A stretch of 64,000 nt of DNA from the NCBI GenBank assembly GCA_000320545.1, contig ADNK01002131.1, positions 1-64,000 on the forward strand. The letters are read 5' to 3'. A program made the translations under genes and the position numbers. Below are positions 62,017 to 64,000 of this stretch, piece after piece. The notes beneath the pieces are model-generated. The model worked only from the letters and a program-made list of their open reading frames with translations. It was not told where the DNA came from and searched no databases. This stretch comes from Bigelowiella natans CCMP2755. Lineage: Eukaryota > Protista > Cercozoa. Position 1 is the first letter of the stretch. Every line of letters begins with the position of its first letter.

Positions 62017-63241
62017 CTGCATCAGGAGCGACATTGGATGGAAGCACGCTGATGATTTCTTGACTACACTGAGTGACGCAGCGACGCGCGATTGATGCCA
62101 AACCATTGAATGTTGCGCCAAGACAATGCAGCGTCATTCAAAGCTGTGCTGCGCAGCGCTGCGCTGCAATGTGGCATGTGCTTGCCATGGGCATGAAGTG
62201 CAAAAGAAAATGAGCGTGATGAACAGCACAACGTTTTGCGCAAACCCAACATTTTTCAGTCCATTTGTTTGCAAATTGTCAATTCGAACTCCCGTTACAG
62301 GCCATCCCGTCAACCCAGAGTCACCATCAACTTCGAGCATTTTTCTCAAACGAATCTGTCTCTTTGTTTGCAACTGTTCCCGCCGTTTTTTCTCTGCTGC
62401 GTCTTCTTGAGGGGGGGGAGGGAGGGGGGCATCCTCATCTTCCTCTTTTCCCTCCTTGTCTTCACCCCCTTCTTCCTCCTCATCATCCTCTTTTTCTTCC
62501 TCCATGTCTTGAGGGGGGGGAGGGAGGGGGGCCTCCTCATCATCCTCTTTTTCTGACAATGCAGAACATCCGTTTAATTAGCGGACACTTGTTATAGACA
62601 CGTAATACCACATATGTACTGTACATGATATTACTATGTCCATCATTGTATGCAACTTGACTCTTGTATTCATGTATCCCTTTTCCCCTTATGAATAATG
62701 AATAAAGCATTGTCCAAATTTATATGGTGCCAGGCAGAAGAACATGGGAGACAGGGCAACAAATATAGCGCGTAGACTCGCTCGCATGGCGCATTGATAC
62801 AACCAACAATGATGATGAGCATTGCGCTGCATCATTTTGCATGTATGTCTAAAATGCTTCTTATTTCAAATTGGAAAAGTTGCTACTACCTAGGAGACAA
62901 AACTATATAGGAGATTTATAATACAAAAACATAAGCATGGTCGAGATGCCGCATGGTCCTGCACATATACACGTGTCGCCTTACACCATTCGTTTGGCTG
63001 TACAGCACGTAGTGGTGCGCTGGCCCCACTATCTGCCTAGCTTTTTTCTAATTTACTCTCACATTTAGCAGGTTCTGCCTCTCCTGTAAGGTGGCGCGCA
63101 AGGTAGTCGCATGTAATTTGTGCGAATTTTGCATTTTCTGTTTCATAGCGCATTTTCCCTCCAGGAAGTGCCCGGATGGCCCTGCCGTTCAGTGATTGAA
63201 CCTTATCAGAAGTGCTCGTGATAAATTTACCCTCCCGAATT

Positions 63242-63275
<34 letters not shown>

Positions 63276-63481
63276 ATTTACAAAACTTTATAAAAAGAGA
63301 ACCCCCAATCCCTCCAAAAGACCCCTATAAAACATAAGTATAATATAATGTAATATGATACAGCATAATGATATAGTCGCATAATGCTGTCGCATAGGCT
63401 TGCACACTATACCGCCATTGGCGGTTATTATAAATTTATTATCATGCCTCACACATCACACATCGCAATGCAACTGCAATC

Positions 63482-64000
63482 TCATTTTTCCTTATTGTGG
63501 CCCCAAGCAACCATGGATGATCGCATGGATGATCGCATGTCTGTCATCTCGGCACTAGATGCCAACGGCAAGCTTCCGGCACTAGATGCTGCGACCTCAT
63601 GGACGGCGCCATGAATCCGCTTTCGTCGGGACGCTAGCCAAAACCAGAGTGCTAAGCAAGCAGCAGTGCCCACCAGGAGAGTGACAATGATGATGACTAG
63701 GCCGCTGCTATCGGCGCTTGCTCCTTTGGCTTCTTGCACATTATCATGCACTACAGCGACAGGAGAAGAAGGCGAAGTAGTGCCTGGATGAGCAGTAGGA
63801 GACCCTGTAGGAAGCAATGTAGGCGCTAGTGACCTGGACGAAGGCGACGTGGTCGGTGAGGCTGTAGGGAGCGACGTGGTCGGTGATGCGGTGGTAGGGA
63901 GAGTCGGCGCAAGGGTGGCAGGCGAGACACTAGGATTTGCAGTCAATGGATGCGCTGTGGCTGGGTTCAGCGTAGGATTCAGTGTCGCGGGGCAGACTGT
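63482..64000 (-). CDS. C-terminal part of a mucin-like type I membrane protein; 5' part lies outside the window
   Basis: PTxxPT/SPT repeats, TM helix LVIIIVTLLVGTAACLALWFWLA, stop-transfer SRRKR. Confidence 0.7.
   Translation of the reverse strand, partial: TVCPATLNPTLNPATAHPLTANPSVSPATLAPTLPTTASPTTSLPTASPTTSPSSRSLAPTLLPTGSPTAHPGTTSPSSPVAVVHDNVQEAKGASADSSGLVIIIVTLLVGTAACLALWFWLASRRKRIHGAVHEVAASSAGSLPLASSAEMTDMRSSMRSSMVAWGHNKEK

Larger units (their letters stand above)
59385..62570. other. TpA-depleted hypermutated tract G: decayed mobile or virus-like insert with intronless ORF remnants and tandem repeats
   Basis: Manual count for 59401-61020: 4 TpA in 1620 nt, all CTAG; about 11 over the whole ~3.2 kb. 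Confidence 0.85.

Noticed and set aside
59091-62410. Dense overlapping Cys/His-rich ORFs as metal-binding proteins (also 41203-42596 and 9146-9635)
   Set aside because: Loss of TpA removes TAA/TAG stops and turns Tyr into Cys/His, producing long spurious ORFs in all frames; no ligand-spacing motif is present.
62568-62612. Imperfect hairpin TCCGTTTAATTAGCGGA and nearby TGGTATTAC (minus strand) as a Helitron end or CRESS-virus origin
   Set aside because: No CTRR terminus at the expected distance, the nonamer is imperfect and not in a stem-loop, and no Rep motifs were found.
63060-63243. Open exon-like segment on the minus strand (IREGKFITSTSDKVQ...)
   Set aside because: No recognisable motif, and it could not be linked to a gene model.

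Overview
Eukaryotic, intron-rich protist DNA with GT-AG introns and many microsatellites. The style suggests a chlorarachniophyte such as Bigelowiella, but that is inference only. Genes: an alpha/beta hydrolase (-, runs off the left edge), mitochondrial cysteine desulfurase NFS1, a ~25 kb giant multidomain HECT E3 ligase, a coiled-coil protein, two multi-pass membrane proteins, a sulfotransferase, a C2H2 zinc-finger gene, a Tudor/PHD/LysM-like chromatin protein, a hypothetical gene and the 3' end of a mucin-like surface protein. The main finding is a set of discrete intergenic tracts (about 8.87-10.36, 35.93-36.13, 40.93-42.55, 47.58-48.55 and 59.39-62.57 kb) where the dinucleotide TpA is almost absent. 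TpG and CpA are heavily enriched, CpG is retained, and surviving TpAs are mostly in CTAG. The tracts cover a MITE, tandem repeats and decayed ORFs that have no Tyr and excess Cys/His. This points to a targeted TpA->TpG/CpA (A:T->G:C) hypermutation process acting on repeats or foreign DNA, the reverse direction to fungal RIP. No candidate mutator enzyme is visible in this window.
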